From: a bacterium
GTDB lineage: Bacteria; Patescibacteriota; Minisyncoccia; Phycocordibacterales; JAKAEA01
Length of the DNA stretch: 64,000 nt
Direction: 5' to 3'
NCBI GenBank assembly: GCA_021818465.1
Contig: JAKAEA010000001.1
Span: 454,045-518,044, forward strand
Positions 8,839-18,163 of the stretch are shown piece by piece. Below the pieces are notes generated by a model, which did not search any database, was not told where the DNA came from, and saw only the letters and a list, made by a program, of their open reading frames with translations. Position numbers and translations under genes: made by a program. Positions within the stretch are counted from its first letter, which is position 1; every line of letters starts with the position of its first letter.

Positions 8839-9933
8839 ATGGAAATCCTTTTTATTATTCTTGGTATTGTTATTGCCATAATCGTTGGTGCCGTATGGTA
8901 CACTCTACAAAAAAATACTTCTCAAAAAACATCGACCGATACTTCACCCGACACGTTTAAACTTCTTTTAGAACAATTGCATGATTTAGGTCGTCGTATG
9001 GATCAAAACGTCAGTAACCTCCATAAAACAGTCGATGCAAAAATCGGCGAATCGTCACGAATGATGCAACAATCCGTAACTACTCAACTGTCCGAATCGC
9101 AAAAACTCATTCGCGAAATCACTCGTGAGCTTACCGAGGTCAAAGAAACTGGCAAGCAGGTAGTTGGTTTTGCCGATCAGCTGCAAAACCTGCAGGATAT
9201 TCTAAAAAATCCCAAACAGCGGGGTATTCTTGGTGAATATTATCTTGAAACACTGCTTAAAAACGTCTTACCACCAGAAAGCTACCAAATGCAATACGCA
9301 TTTTCTGATGGTACTATTGTCGACGCTGTCGTATTCGTCAAAGACAAAATTATTCCTGTTGATTCAAAATTCTCTCTTGAAAATTACAATCGCATCAGCG
9401 AAACCCGCGATGCTACCGAACGCGAACGCTTAGAAAAAAATTTCGTCAATGATCTAAAAAACCGCATCGTAGAAACCAGCAAATACATTCAACCCAAAGA
9501 GGGAACAATGGATTTTGCTTTTATGTTTATTCCTCACGAAGCTATCTATTATGATTTACTCGTCAACACAATTGGCGCACAAAAAGAAGAGCCAGAAAAT
9601 CTTATTCAACGAGCAGCAGCAAAATATCATGTCATTATTGTCTCACCAACATCGTTTCTGGCATACCTTCAAACGGTGCTGCAAGGTTTGCGTGAATTAC
9701 ACATTAAAGAATCATTTGAAAATGTTGTTAAAAACGTTAGTGAACTTAGTCGGCATCTGAAAAGCTATGAGGAGTATCATGGTAAATTAGGTAACGCCCT
9801 CGCTACCACCGTTAACCACTACAATGCAACCGGCAAAGAATTCAAAAAAATAGATAAAGATATTTTACGTATTACGGGCAACTCCTTGGAAATAGAAACG
9901 GCATCCTTAGAAAAACCCGATACTGAGATGTAG
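8839..9933 (+). CDS. rmuC: DNA recombination protein RmuC
   Basis: N-terminal TM and coiled coil, RGILGE, IPVDSKF nuclease motif, DFAFMFIP, VSPTSF. Confidence 0.92.
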   Translation: MEILFIILGIVIAIIVGAVWYTLQKNTSQKTSTDTSPDTFKLLLEQLHDLGRRMDQNVSNLHKTVDAKIGESSRMMQQSVTTQLSESQKLIREITRELTEVKETGKQVVGFADQLQNLQDILKNPKQRGILGEYYLETLLKNVLPPESYQMQYAFSDGTIVDAVVFVKDKIIPVDSKFSLENYNRISETRDATERERLEKNFVNDLKNRIVETSKYIQPKEGTMDFAFMFIPHEAIYYDLLVNTIGAQKEEPENLIQRAAAKYHVIIVSPTSFLAYLQTVLQGLRELHIKESFENVVKNVSELSRHLKSYEEYHGKLGNALATTVNHYNATGKEFKKIDKDILRITGNSLEIETASLEKPDTEM

Positions 9934-9948
9934 TCTGTGGATATCCGC

Positions 9949-9977
9949 TTGTGTAATAGACAGGTTCGATATACTAT
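9949..9977 (+). promoter_or_regulatory. Putative sigma70 promoter for the intergenic RNA
   Basis: TTGTGT (9949)-17 bp-TACTAT (9972), preceded by DnaA-box-like TGTGGATAT (9936-9944). Confidence 0.5.
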
Positions 9978-9983
9978 ATCGTA

Positions 9984-10286
9984 TAGAAGAGAAAATGGTG
10001 TGCAGTCTTCACTGGGAAGGCTATATTTTCTCTAGGCATCTCTAAAAGAAATATGTGGCAGGATGTCGCATATTTCTCGATCGGTACGAAAGGGCCGATC
10101 GCAATTCTTAAGCTGTAACGTAACAATTTTTCTAGTGCGATTTCCGTCCCCTTGGGGAGCGGAAAAAGAAATCATTGTATGATTCATACTGTCCTACGGT
10201 GCATACCATCTTGACGTGGGCAGGATACCACACCAAGGGAAACACACAGGACTCATGGGGCGATACCAACAGGTGTCGCCTTATTT
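9984..10286 (+). ncRNA. Unassigned highly structured non-coding RNA (~300 nt)
   Basis: Five hairpins plus a terminator hairpin, G-U pairs consistent with the + strand, CUUG and GAAA loops, a 10-bp long-range pairing, no substantial ORF. Confidence 0.65.
10259..10286 (+). terminator. Intrinsic terminator-like hairpin
   Basis: GGCGATACC-AACA-GGTGTCGCC followed by TTATTT. Confidence 0.65.
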
Positions 10287-10343
10287 AATATTTATACATA
10301 CCACAGTTGCACTTTTTGGACGATTTGATAGAATGCCAAAACT

Positions 10344-10688
10344 ATGCAATTTGCCGTAATCGAGACTGGGGGTAAACAATATAAAGTTGCCGCCGGCGAT
10401 ACTATTAAAATAGAAAAACTCGCTACCGACGCCAAAGAAGGCGATAGTTTAACGTTCGACAAGGTTTTACTCATCGCCGACGAACAGGTCGCAAAAGTGG
10501 GCACACCCACCGTGGCCGGTGCTACAGTTACTGGCACGCTCATTAAAAATGGCCGTCACGCAAAAGTACTCGTTGTTAAATATAGACAAAAAAATCGCAG
10601 CGGTTACAAACGCAACGGTCACCGCCAACCGTACGCTGAAGTAAAAATAGAATCTATTTCAGAATCTGGCACAGCAACTAAAAAATAA
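10344..10688 (+). CDS. rplU: 50S ribosomal protein L21
   Basis: [19 protein letters not shown]; own promoter TTGCAC...TAGAAT ending 9 nt before the ATG. Confidence 0.97.
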   Translation: MQFAVIETGGKQYKVAAGDTIKIEKLATDAKEGDSLTFDKVLLIADEQVAKVGTPTVAGATVTGTLIKNGRHAKVLVVKYRQKNRSGYKRNGHRQPYAEVKIESISESGTATKK

Positions 10689-11306
10689 CTAACCTCGATT
10701 TTGTAAAGCGAATCGAAGTGTATCGCTATCAGAATATTCTAGTTCACTGCCCGTAGAAACACCACGACCCAATCGTGATATTTTTATACCACCCCCGAGC
10801 ATCGGCACCAAAATCTGTGCAAGATAATCAGCAGTGTGATCACCTTCAGGTGTTACATTCATCGCTAAAATAATCTCTCGTAAACCATTCGCAGCACGTT
10901 GGCGAATCGTTTCCAACAGCTCTTTTTGACGAATTCGTTCTTCGGGTTTTTCAGTCAAAATCGGCACACTGCCACCAAGCACGAAATATAGACCCTTATA
11001 TGCGCCACTTTTTTCCACACTTTCTAAATCTACATCACGGCTAACTACCATAAGCAGTGTCCTGTCACGGTGCGGGTCTCGATCGATATCACACAGCTGG
11101 GTATCGATTCGTCCTTCCATCTCAAAAAAACGGTGACAGGCGGTACATTCGGTCACTGTAGTGCGAAGTAAGCCGATAAGTTTGGCGAGGTCATCATTAT
11201 GCTGCTGCGAGCGAGTCAGGAGATAATAGACAAAACGATGTGCCTGACGCGGACCAATACCAGGAAACTTTTTGAACAATTCGGTTAATTTTTCTATGGT
11301 TGTCAT
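10689..11306 (-). CDS. recR: Recombination mediator RecR
   Basis: PGIGPRQA HhH, Zn-finger region, TOPRIM (YFVLGG, EIILA, EGDHTA), ELEYSD. Confidence 0.95.
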   Translation of the reverse strand: MTTIEKLTELFKKFPGIGPRQAHRFVYYLLTRSQQHNDDLAKLIGLLRTTVTECTACHRFFEMEGRIDTQLCDIDRDPHRDRTLLMVVSRDVDLESVEKSGAYKGLYFVLGGSVPILTEKPEERIRQKELLETIRQRAANGLREIILAMNVTPEGDHTADYLAQILVPMLGGGIKISRLGRGVSTGSELEYSDSDTLRFALQNRG

Positions 11307-12710
11307 TTAAAAATCATCGTTGGACGGGGGAGTAAAGGAATTGTCCAACGTGACGAAACTCGTTTTTTTATCGTCAAAGTACAGCTCGGCGCGGCCTGTT
11401 GGACCATTACGGTGTTTTTCAATTAAGATTTCGGCAATATTAGGCCGGCCAGAATCTTGTTTTTGTTTATCTTCACGGTGAATGAACATGACCACGTCAG
11501 CGTCCTGCTCAATAGAGCCGGAATCGCGCAAGTCAGAAAGGCGCGGCCGGCCACCACGTTGTTCTACAGCACGCGAGAGTTGAGAAAGGGCGAGTACTGG
11601 CACGTCAAGCTCGCGAGCCAATTGTTTGAGTGAACGGGAGATTTCAGTAATTTGCTGAACGAGATTGTCGTTAGCCCGGGCATTGGTCGGCTGCATCAGC
11701 TGGAGATAATCAACCACAATAAGACCCAGACCGCGCTCAGATTTCAAACGGCGAGCCGTAGCACGCATCTTCAAAATTGTATTTGCCGGCTGATCATCAA
11801 TAAAAATAGGTGCCTTGGAAAGGCGGCCCATACCTTCTTGGAGAGCGCCAAAATCAGCTTCCACGAAACCGTGGCCGGTACGCAATTTCCATGAATCAAC
11901 GCGAGACTCTGCGGCAAGCATTCTATCTACCAACTGCTGTGAACTCATTTCCAAAGAAAAGATACCGACGGGAATTTGGTAGGTAATAGCGGCGTGTCGA
12001 ACAATATCAAGTGCCAATGACGTTTTACCAACAGAAGGACGTGCCGCTAAAATAATGAGGTCGGATTTTTGTAGACCAGAAAGTTTACTATCCAAATCTT
12101 TGAAGCCAGTCGGCACACCGCGCAATTCGTCGCGTGATTGGTGTAGATGATCGAAACGTTCCCACGCCGCGCCAAGCTCATCACCAAGTACCGTAAAACG
12201 GTGTGCCGTCGGCGCATTAGTCACTTCAAAAACGCGTTTCTCAGCAGCATCCAAGAGCACCTCCAAGTCGTCAGACTCGCTGTATCCAAGACGATTGATA
12301 TCTTCAGCACACTCAATAAGATTACGCATCACAAACTTCTTTTCTACAATTTCAGCGTAGTGTTTAATATTTGCCGCTGAAGGCACACCATTGACCAGTT
12401 CACTCAAGTAACTCGCACCGCCAACATGCTCCAACTCATTGCGTTCGCGTAAACGATTAGAAAGCGATAAAAGATCAATCGGTGTGGACACACCAAAAAG
12501 TTCGAGCATTGTTCTAAAAATAATGCGATGCCGTTCTGCATAAAACGCACCAGGTTTTATTTGATCAATGATCTCATAGATTGCATCAGGTCGCAGCATA
12601 ATTGAACCCAGCAGCGCCATTTCTGCTTCGATACTTTGCGGGGGCACGCGCACATAAGGAGATTTTTGACCAATTTTTGGTTTAGATTCCATTGAGAAAT
12701 ATTTTATCAT
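11307..12710 (-). CDS. dnaB: Replicative DNA helicase
   Basis: PPQSIEAE, Walker A AARPSVGKT, SLEMS, VDYLQL, LSQLSR, LRDSGSIEQDAD, KHRNGPTG; no intein-sized insertion. Confidence 0.98.
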   Translation of the reverse strand: MIKYFSMESKPKIGQKSPYVRVPPQSIEAEMALLGSIMLRPDAIYEIIDQIKPGAFYAERHRIIFRTMLELFGVSTPIDLLSLSNRLRERNELEHVGGASYLSELVNGVPSAANIKHYAEIVEKKFVMRNLIECAEDINRLGYSESDDLEVLLDAAEKRVFEVTNAPTAHRFTVLGDELGAAWERFDHLHQSRDELRGVPTGFKDLDSKLSGLQKSDLIILAARPSVGKTSLALDIVRHAAITYQIPVGIFSLEMSSQQLVDRMLAAESRVDSWKLRTGHGFVEADFGALQEGMGRLSKAPIFIDDQPANTILKMRATARRLKSERGLGLIVVDYLQLMQPTNARANDNLVQQITEISRSLKQLARELDVPVLALSQLSRAVEQRGGRPRLSDLRDSGSIEQDADVVMFIHREDKQKQDSGRPNIAEILIEKHRNGPTGRAELYFDDKKTSFVTLDNSFTPPSNDDF

Positions 12711-12860
12711 TTCTTTAAAAAAGAAGAGTAGCCCAAAAGGGTGTTTTATTGTGTATATAGTGTGGATTGCTCACTACAAAATAGTTTTTAAAAAATACAA
12801 GAGCCCCTTTTATATATATTGCACAAAAATTTTACCCACCACTATAGGTGATGCCAGTTT

Positions 12861-14249
12861 TTAGTTTTTTTCTACTATTAACGGGCCGTGTGGCGTATCC
12901 TTCACGTCGAACCCTAAATCATGAATTTGACGACGGAGCATATCAGCATCGTTCCAACGCTTCTCATGGCGAGCTTGTTCACGCTCAGCAGCAAGATTTT
13001 TTACTTTTTCAGGTACAGAAACTTTCGTGAGTACTCGATCTAAACCAAGACCAAGAACGGTGTCAAATTTCAAAAGAAGATCTTTTTTAATGTAAGAACC
13101 AAGACCTGCATCAGCGGCCATATCCCACAGAATAGCCAATGCTTGCGGCGTATTTATATCGTCATTTATTGCTTTCAAAAAAAGGTCTTCGTATGGTTTT
13201 TTTGATCCTATACTTAATCCTGCATGAGAAACTTCACTGCTCCATTCATTTACAAAAGCCTGCAGTCGCTTGTAGGCCTGCGCCGCAGCTTCCAAAGCTT
13301 CCCAACTAAAAGTCATAGGTGTGCGATAGTGACCACCGAGAAGCCAGTAGCGATAGACGAGGGGATTAAAACCACGTTCAACTATAGTGTTGAGAGTAAT
13401 TCCTGTGCCTTCGGACTTTGCCATTTTGCCGCTTTCTACATTAATAAACGCATTGTGGAGCCAATAATTAACGAAGGGGTGACCATGTGCGCATTCTGAT
13501 TGAGCAATTTCATTATTATGATGAATGGGCGCAAGATCAGCGCCGCCGGTATGAATATCAAAATGCGCACCAAGGTAGCGTTCACTCATTGCCGAACATT
13601 CTATGTGCCAACCGGGAAATCCTTGACCCCACGGACTTTCATAACCAATTGACGAATTAAATTTCCATACAGCAAAATCTTTTGGGTTTTTCTTATCACT
13701 TTTAACGCCAATGCGTGAGGTATCACCGCCCGTGCCACCCAATTTGCCGTAGTTTGGGTCTTTTGCTGTGTCAAAATATACGCCGTCAGAAATTGTATAG
13801 ACAAAACCCTTATTTTCCAATTTTTGAATCAATGTAATGTCTTCCGTGATATGTCGACTCGCACGTGGCAATTCGTGAGGTGGCAAAATATTGAGGGCAA
13901 TAAGATTCTCTTTGAATGTGTTCGTGTAAAAATCAGTTAACTCCTTCATTGCTTCTAGGGTGATTGGTTTACCTTCACGCTTGAGTCCACGAATAATTTT
14001 ATCCTCACCCTCGTCATTATCACCACCAATACCAACATCGGTAATATTTATAACCTGGCGCACACGATAGGCATTGTATTCAAAAACTCGCCGCACCATA
14101 TCCGAGAGTAAAAACGCCCGCAAATTACCAATGTGAACATAATCATATACTGTCGGCCCACAAGAATAGAGCCCTACGCTTCCGGGAACAATTGGCGTAA
14201 AAAGCTCTTTCTTTTTTGTAAGTGAGTTGGTGAGATATATCATGACCAT
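12861..14249 (-). CDS. cysS: Cysteine--tRNA ligase
   Basis: CGPTVYDYVHIGN, PGWHIECSAMS, HHNNEIAQ, KMAKS. Confidence 0.98.
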   Translation of the reverse strand: MVMIYLTNSLTKKKELFTPIVPGSVGLYSCGPTVYDYVHIGNLRAFLLSDMVRRVFEYNAYRVRQVINITDVGIGGDNDEGEDKIIRGLKREGKPITLEAMKELTDFYTNTFKENLIALNILPPHELPRASRHITEDITLIQKLENKGFVYTISDGVYFDTAKDPNYGKLGGTGGDTSRIGVKSDKKNPKDFAVWKFNSSIGYESPWGQGFPGWHIECSAMSERYLGAHFDIHTGGADLAPIHHNNEIAQSECAHGHPFVNYWLHNAFINVESGKMAKSEGTGITLNTIVERGFNPLVYRYWLLGGHYRTPMTFSWEALEAAAQAYKRLQAFVNEWSSEVSHAGLSIGSKKPYEDLFLKAINDDINTPQALAILWDMAADAGLGSYIKKDLLLKFDTVLGLGLDRVLTKVSVPEKVKNLAAEREQARHEKRWNDADMLRRQIHDLGFDVKDTPHGPLIVEKN

Positions 14250-14330
14250 ATGTATGATTTCTTAACTATAGCAAAATTTTTTAGGTTATTCATTGACCGC
14301 TGTAGTAGTTTTTGAGATACTGACGCCTAT

Positions 14331-15629
14331 ATGCACATTAATTGGGATGCATGGAAAAATAAATTAGGAACAGTAACTAACCTTAGTATTGGTATTATTA
14401 TTGTTGGCGCGGCATTTATTATAGGCATATACGTTGGAGGGGGGAATTCAGGATCATTTGTACCCACAACACCACCCGCCAATGTCAGTAATGCTACGGT
14501 TGGACAACCTACATCAGCAGATTTCGCACCTTTCTGGCAAGCCTGGAAAATTTTAAAAAATACTTTCGTTCCAGCGCCTAATCATTCCATACCCACCGCC
14601 CAAGATAAGGTTTGGGGCGCAATACAAGGATTAGCGGCAAGTTATGGCGATCCGTATACCACATTCTTTCCACCGCAAGCAGAAAAAAGTTTTCAAACTG
14701 AAATCACCGGTAATTTTGGTGGGATTGGCATGGAAGTTGGTCAAAAGAACGGTACGCTTGTTGTTATAGCCCCTCTCAAAAATTCTCCTGCTGCTGCCGC
14801 GGGCATTGTTGCTGGTGATTTTATTCTTAAAATTAATGGCACATCAACAGCCGATATGACCATTAATCAGGCGGTTGCTATTATTCGTGGACCAGTTGGT
14901 ACACCCATCACCCTCACAGTCATCGGCCCTAAGGATAAAGAACCACGAACACTCACGCTTACGCGCCAGGTCATCAATATACCTGAAATAAACACCGAAA
15001 AACTTCCTGGTGGTATTTTCGACATTCAACTCTACACATTTACTACCGATTCAGCTACACTTTTCCGAAATGCTTTAGTTAAATTTGCCCAATCAGGAGA
15101 CAATAAACTTATTCTTGATCTGCGCGGTAATCCTGGAGGATATCTTGATGCAGCAGTTGATATGGCCAGTTTCTTCTTACCCAGTAACGATATTGTCGTT
15201 CAAGAAGATGCTGGTCATGGCAATAATCATATTTATTACAGCAAAGGTTACGATGTATTTAATCCACAAAAAAATCCTAACTTCAAGATGGCAATACTTG
15301 TTGATGGGGGATCGGCTTCAGCGGCAGAAATCCTTTCGGCGGCACTACAAGAAAATGGTGTAGCAAAACTCGTGGGCACCCAAACTTTCGGCAAAGGTTC
15401 AGTACAAGAACTCATTCCACTTACAAATACCACAGCCCTTAAAATCACCGTGGCTCAATGGCTCACGCCCAATGGTAGTTCAATTTCTAATGTTGGTATC
15501 ACCCCCAATTACGTCATTCCGCTGACACTGGAAAATACCGCTGGCGGTATTGATCCCCAGTTACAAGCAGCTGAAAATATTCTGCTTGGTAAAGCAGCAA
15601 CATCCACACCTATCGGAGTAAAAAACTAG
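14331..15629 (+). CDS. ctpA: Carboxy-terminal processing protease (S41) with PDZ domain
   Basis: DPYT, FGGIG PDZ, LDLRGNPGG, SASAAEI, TFGKGSVQ. Confidence 0.93.
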   Translation: MHINWDAWKNKLGTVTNLSIGIIIVGAAFIIGIYVGGGNSGSFVPTTPPANVSNATVGQPTSADFAPFWQAWKILKNTFVPAPNHSIPTAQDKVWGAIQGLAASYGDPYTTFFPPQAEKSFQTEITGNFGGIGMEVGQKNGTLVVIAPLKNSPAAAAGIVAGDFILKINGTSTADMTINQAVAIIRGPVGTPITLTVIGPKDKEPRTLTLTRQVINIPEINTEKLPGGIFDIQLYTFTTDSATLFRNALVKFAQSGDNKLILDLRGNPGGYLDAAVDMASFFLPSNDIVVQEDAGHGNNHIYYSKGYDVFNPQKNPNFKMAILVDGGSASAAEILSAALQENGVAKLVGTQTFGKGSVQELIPLTNTTALKITVAQWLTPNGSSISNVGITPNYVIPLTLENTAGGIDPQLQAAENILLGKAATSTPIGVKN

Positions 15630-15685
15630 ACAAAATGGCCACACTGGTATAGTATCCTTCGGATACTGTAAAAATTGTTATTACT

Positions 15686-16129
15686 ATGAAAATTATTCTA
15701 TTAAAAGACGTTCCTAATGTTGGCCAGCGTTTTGATGTTAAAGATGTCGCTGATGGCTTTGCTCTCAACTTTTTAATTCCTCAAAAAGTTGCTGAAATAG
15801 CTACCGAAAAGGCTATTAAGAAAATTGCTGCGGCTAAACAAGTTGCCGAAGCTGAACGTAAAATCCAAAATGATCTTCTTGCTAAAAATCTTAAAGAATT
15901 GAGTGGTAAAACCATCACCATCATTACAGAAGCCAATGAGCACGGCCATCTCTTTAAAGGTTTCCACCAAAAAGAGATTGCTACCGCTATCACCGAACAA
16001 ACAAAATTACACGTACCACCCGAATCCATCGCGCTTGAAAAACCACTTAAAGAAATTGGCGATCACAAAGTCACCGTTGAGATTGCCGACAAGAAGGCAA
16101 CTCTGACCGTTTCCATCACCAGCAAGTAA
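15686..16129 (+). CDS. rplI: 50S ribosomal protein L9
   Basis: MKIILLKDVPNVG..VADGFALNFLIP. Confidence 0.96.
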   Translation: MKIILLKDVPNVGQRFDVKDVADGFALNFLIPQKVAEIATEKAIKKIAAAKQVAEAERKIQNDLLAKNLKELSGKTITIITEANEHGHLFKGFHQKEIATAITEQTKLHVPPESIALEKPLKEIGDHKVTVEIADKKATLTVSITSK

Positions 16130-16161
16130 AAAAAATACCCCTTGTGGGGGTATTTTTTTTA
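16127..16161. terminator. Bidirectional intrinsic terminator between rplI and rpmA
   Basis: TAAAAAAAATACCCC-TTGTG-GGGGTATTTTTTTTA inverted repeat between convergent genes. Confidence 0.85.
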
Positions 16162-16434
16162 CTTAACTACGTCGATTACCTTTTTAGTGATATTTGAACC
16201 ATCAAAACGTTGAAAACGTTTGTCTTTGAATTTAACCTTGCCGTCAGCAAGAGCAAAAAGAGAATAGTCCTTTGCGGTACCAACATTTTTACCAGCACGA
16301 TAGACACTACCGCGTTGACGGACAATAACATTGCCAGTTTTTATACTTTGGCCATCAGTAACTTTTATCCCGAGATATTGCGGGCCGGAATCACTTAGGT
16401 TTTTAGCTGTACCGCCAGCTTTTTTATGGGCCAT
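16159..16434 (-). CDS. rpmA: 50S ribosomal protein L27
   Basis: MAHKKAGG, VIVRQRG, DYSLFALADG. Confidence 0.97.
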   Translation of the reverse strand: MAHKKAGGTAKNLSDSGPQYLGIKVTDGQSIKTGNVIVRQRGSVYRAGKNVGTAKDYSLFALADGKVKFKDKRFQRFDGSNITKKVIDVVK

Positions 16435-16532
16435 ATTGATTACAAATTAAATTGTTGTGTAATGCGTTTTTTAGCTGGATTTTAGAATATTTTAATCGAG
16501 AATTTATCCGCACCAGCTATACTTATTTCGCT

Positions 16533-16901
16533 ATGTCGCGAAGTCGCGTAACTATACTAAAAAACCTTCAAAAAGGCAAGCTTATAAGATGGAAAACCTT
16601 AACGATAGTCATTTCTTTTTTGGTACTTATTATCGAAAGTTCTACACTCTACCAACTGGTAAAAAATCATCCACCTGTTACCATTATTAGCGCACCAACA
16701 ACACCTGACAGATCCTCAAAATCCAACGAACCACCGCTCAAGCTTTTTGTTGCTTCGCGACGAGGTACGGCATATTATTATCCATGGTGTAGTGGTGGCG
16801 CAAACATTTCTGATAGCAATAAGATTTGGTTTACAAGCCAGGCTGCCGCCCAAGAGGCAGGATATACACCGTCAAAGTCTTGTACAGATTTATTCAAATG
16901 A
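16533..16901 (+). CDS. Membrane-anchored protein with an Ada-metal-binding-like C-terminal domain
   Basis: TM helix followed by FVASRRGTAYYYPWC...NKIWFTSQAAAQEAGYTPSKSC; start uncertain. Confidence 0.65.
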   Translation: MSRSRVTILKNLQKGKLIRWKTLTIVISFLVLIIESSTLYQLVKNHPPVTIISAPTTPDRSSKSNEPPLKLFVASRRGTAYYYPWCSGGANISDSNKIWFTSQAAAQEAGYTPSKSCTDLFK

Positions 16902-17950
16902 CCCCCATATCTTCTCGTATCTGGAACCACATCGCTTCAGCACAACGCATTCTTTTGCATTGTCACCCCAACACTGATGGCGACAGTGTTGGTAGCGTTT
17001 TGGCTATGGCTCACGTGCTTATTGGTTTAGGTAAAACAGTTACTGTTATCGCTGGTGACAATGATCCATTGCCTGACTATTTATCTTTTTTACCTGGATA
17101 CCAAACTATTCTTGCTAAAGATTTTTTCCAAATTAATGTAAATGATTTTGATCTTTTCCTCATTTTAGACACGGGCGCACCAATTCAAATCTCCAGAAAA
17201 GGCGATATTTCGTTTCCTCTTGCTATTCCTACTGTAGTTATTGACCACCATGTTTCTAATACAGCCTTTGGCACTGAAAATCTTATCGATACGGAAGCTC
17301 CAGCAACGGCCCAAATTCTCTACTATCTTTTTAAAGAATGGGGTATAGATATTAATCACAACATTGCATTATGTCTTTTTATTGGCATATATACTGATAC
17401 AGGCGGGTTTAAATTCCTACGAACCTCTGAAAAAACGTTCCGGATGGCGGCGGCGTTAGCGAATAAAGTACCAGAATTTACAGAATATATTTTTACTCTA
17501 GAAAACAGTAATTCACCAGGATGGACTGTGTTTATGAAGATTGCATACGCTAATATAAGGGTTTTATATAACGCCGTAGCGATAAGCTCAATTTCATACG
17601 AAGAAATAACTCATAATAATATAAATCGAAATGAATTAAATACCAGTATGTTTGCTGGTATTTTAAAATCTATCAGAGGATGGAATATTGGAATAATGTG
17701 CACTGAAGAAAAGCCGGGGGAGACAAAAATTAGTTTTAGAACCCGAGACGCCGTGCAATACGATGTAACAAAATTAGCGGCTGCTCTTGGCGGCGGCGGC
17801 CATCCGGCCGCCGCCGCTACATACCTCAAAGCACCCTTAGACATTGTTTTTAAACAAATTCAAGAAATACTACCTAGAATTTATCCCACATTGACTCTGA
17901 CCACACAACCCATTTTTGAAAAAACAACATATTTGAAAAAAAGTCAATAA
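16898..17950 (+). CDS. nrnA: DHH/DHHA1 phosphoesterase (NrnA-like oligoribonuclease/pAp phosphatase)
   Basis: HPNTDGDSVGS, IDHH, TDTGGF, SFRT, GGGGHPAAA. Confidence 0.88.
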   Translation: MTPISSRIWNHIASAQRILLHCHPNTDGDSVGSVLAMAHVLIGLGKTVTVIAGDNDPLPDYLSFLPGYQTILAKDFFQINVNDFDLFLILDTGAPIQISRKGDISFPLAIPTVVIDHHVSNTAFGTENLIDTEAPATAQILYYLFKEWGIDINHNIALCLFIGIYTDTGGFKFLRTSEKTFRMAAALANKVPEFTEYIFTLENSNSPGWTVFMKIAYANIRVLYNAVAISSISYEEITHNNINRNELNTSMFAGILKSIRGWNIGIMCTEEKPGETKISFRTRDAVQYDVTKLAAALGGGGHPAAAATYLKAPLDIVFKQIQEILPRIYPTLTLTTQPIFEKTTYLKKSQ

Positions 17951-18034
17951 TCTAGCCTAACTATTTTTACTAAATAAACGCTTTACTTGGCCATTTTTTT
18001 ACTCTTGCCATTAATAAAAATTCATTGTCTTCTA

Positions 18035-18063
18035 TTGACAGGGCAAAACAAGTTTGTTATAAT
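18035..18063 (+). promoter_or_regulatory. Consensus sigma70 promoter
   Basis: TTGACA (18035)-17 bp-TATAAT (18058) with extended -10 TG. Confidence 0.85.
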
Positions 18064-18163
18064 AGAGCCATTCAGAGCTCGGCTCTGATTTTTATTTCTG
18101 AAAGATGCGTTTCGGTTTGGTCGCCGAAATGCCTCCCAGGTTTATTACCATAAACAGTCACGT

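Noticed and set aside
9960-10290. Intergenic RNA as tmRNA, RNase P RNA, 6S RNA or L21 leader
   Set aside because: No tRNA-like acceptor/T arm (GGTTCGA at 9963 has no stem), no tag ORF, no GAGGAAAGUCC/P4 signature, not one long rod, and a terminator plus separate promoter isolate it from rplU; judged by eye only
12711-12860. AT-rich dnaB upstream region as oriC
   Set aside because: Only degenerate DnaA-box-like sequences, no cluster of good boxes, and no dnaA/dnaN in the window
17440-17740. AT-rich patch inside the DHH phosphoesterase as a recombined segment
   Set aside because: The frame is intact and a compositional shift judged by eye is too weak to support a claim
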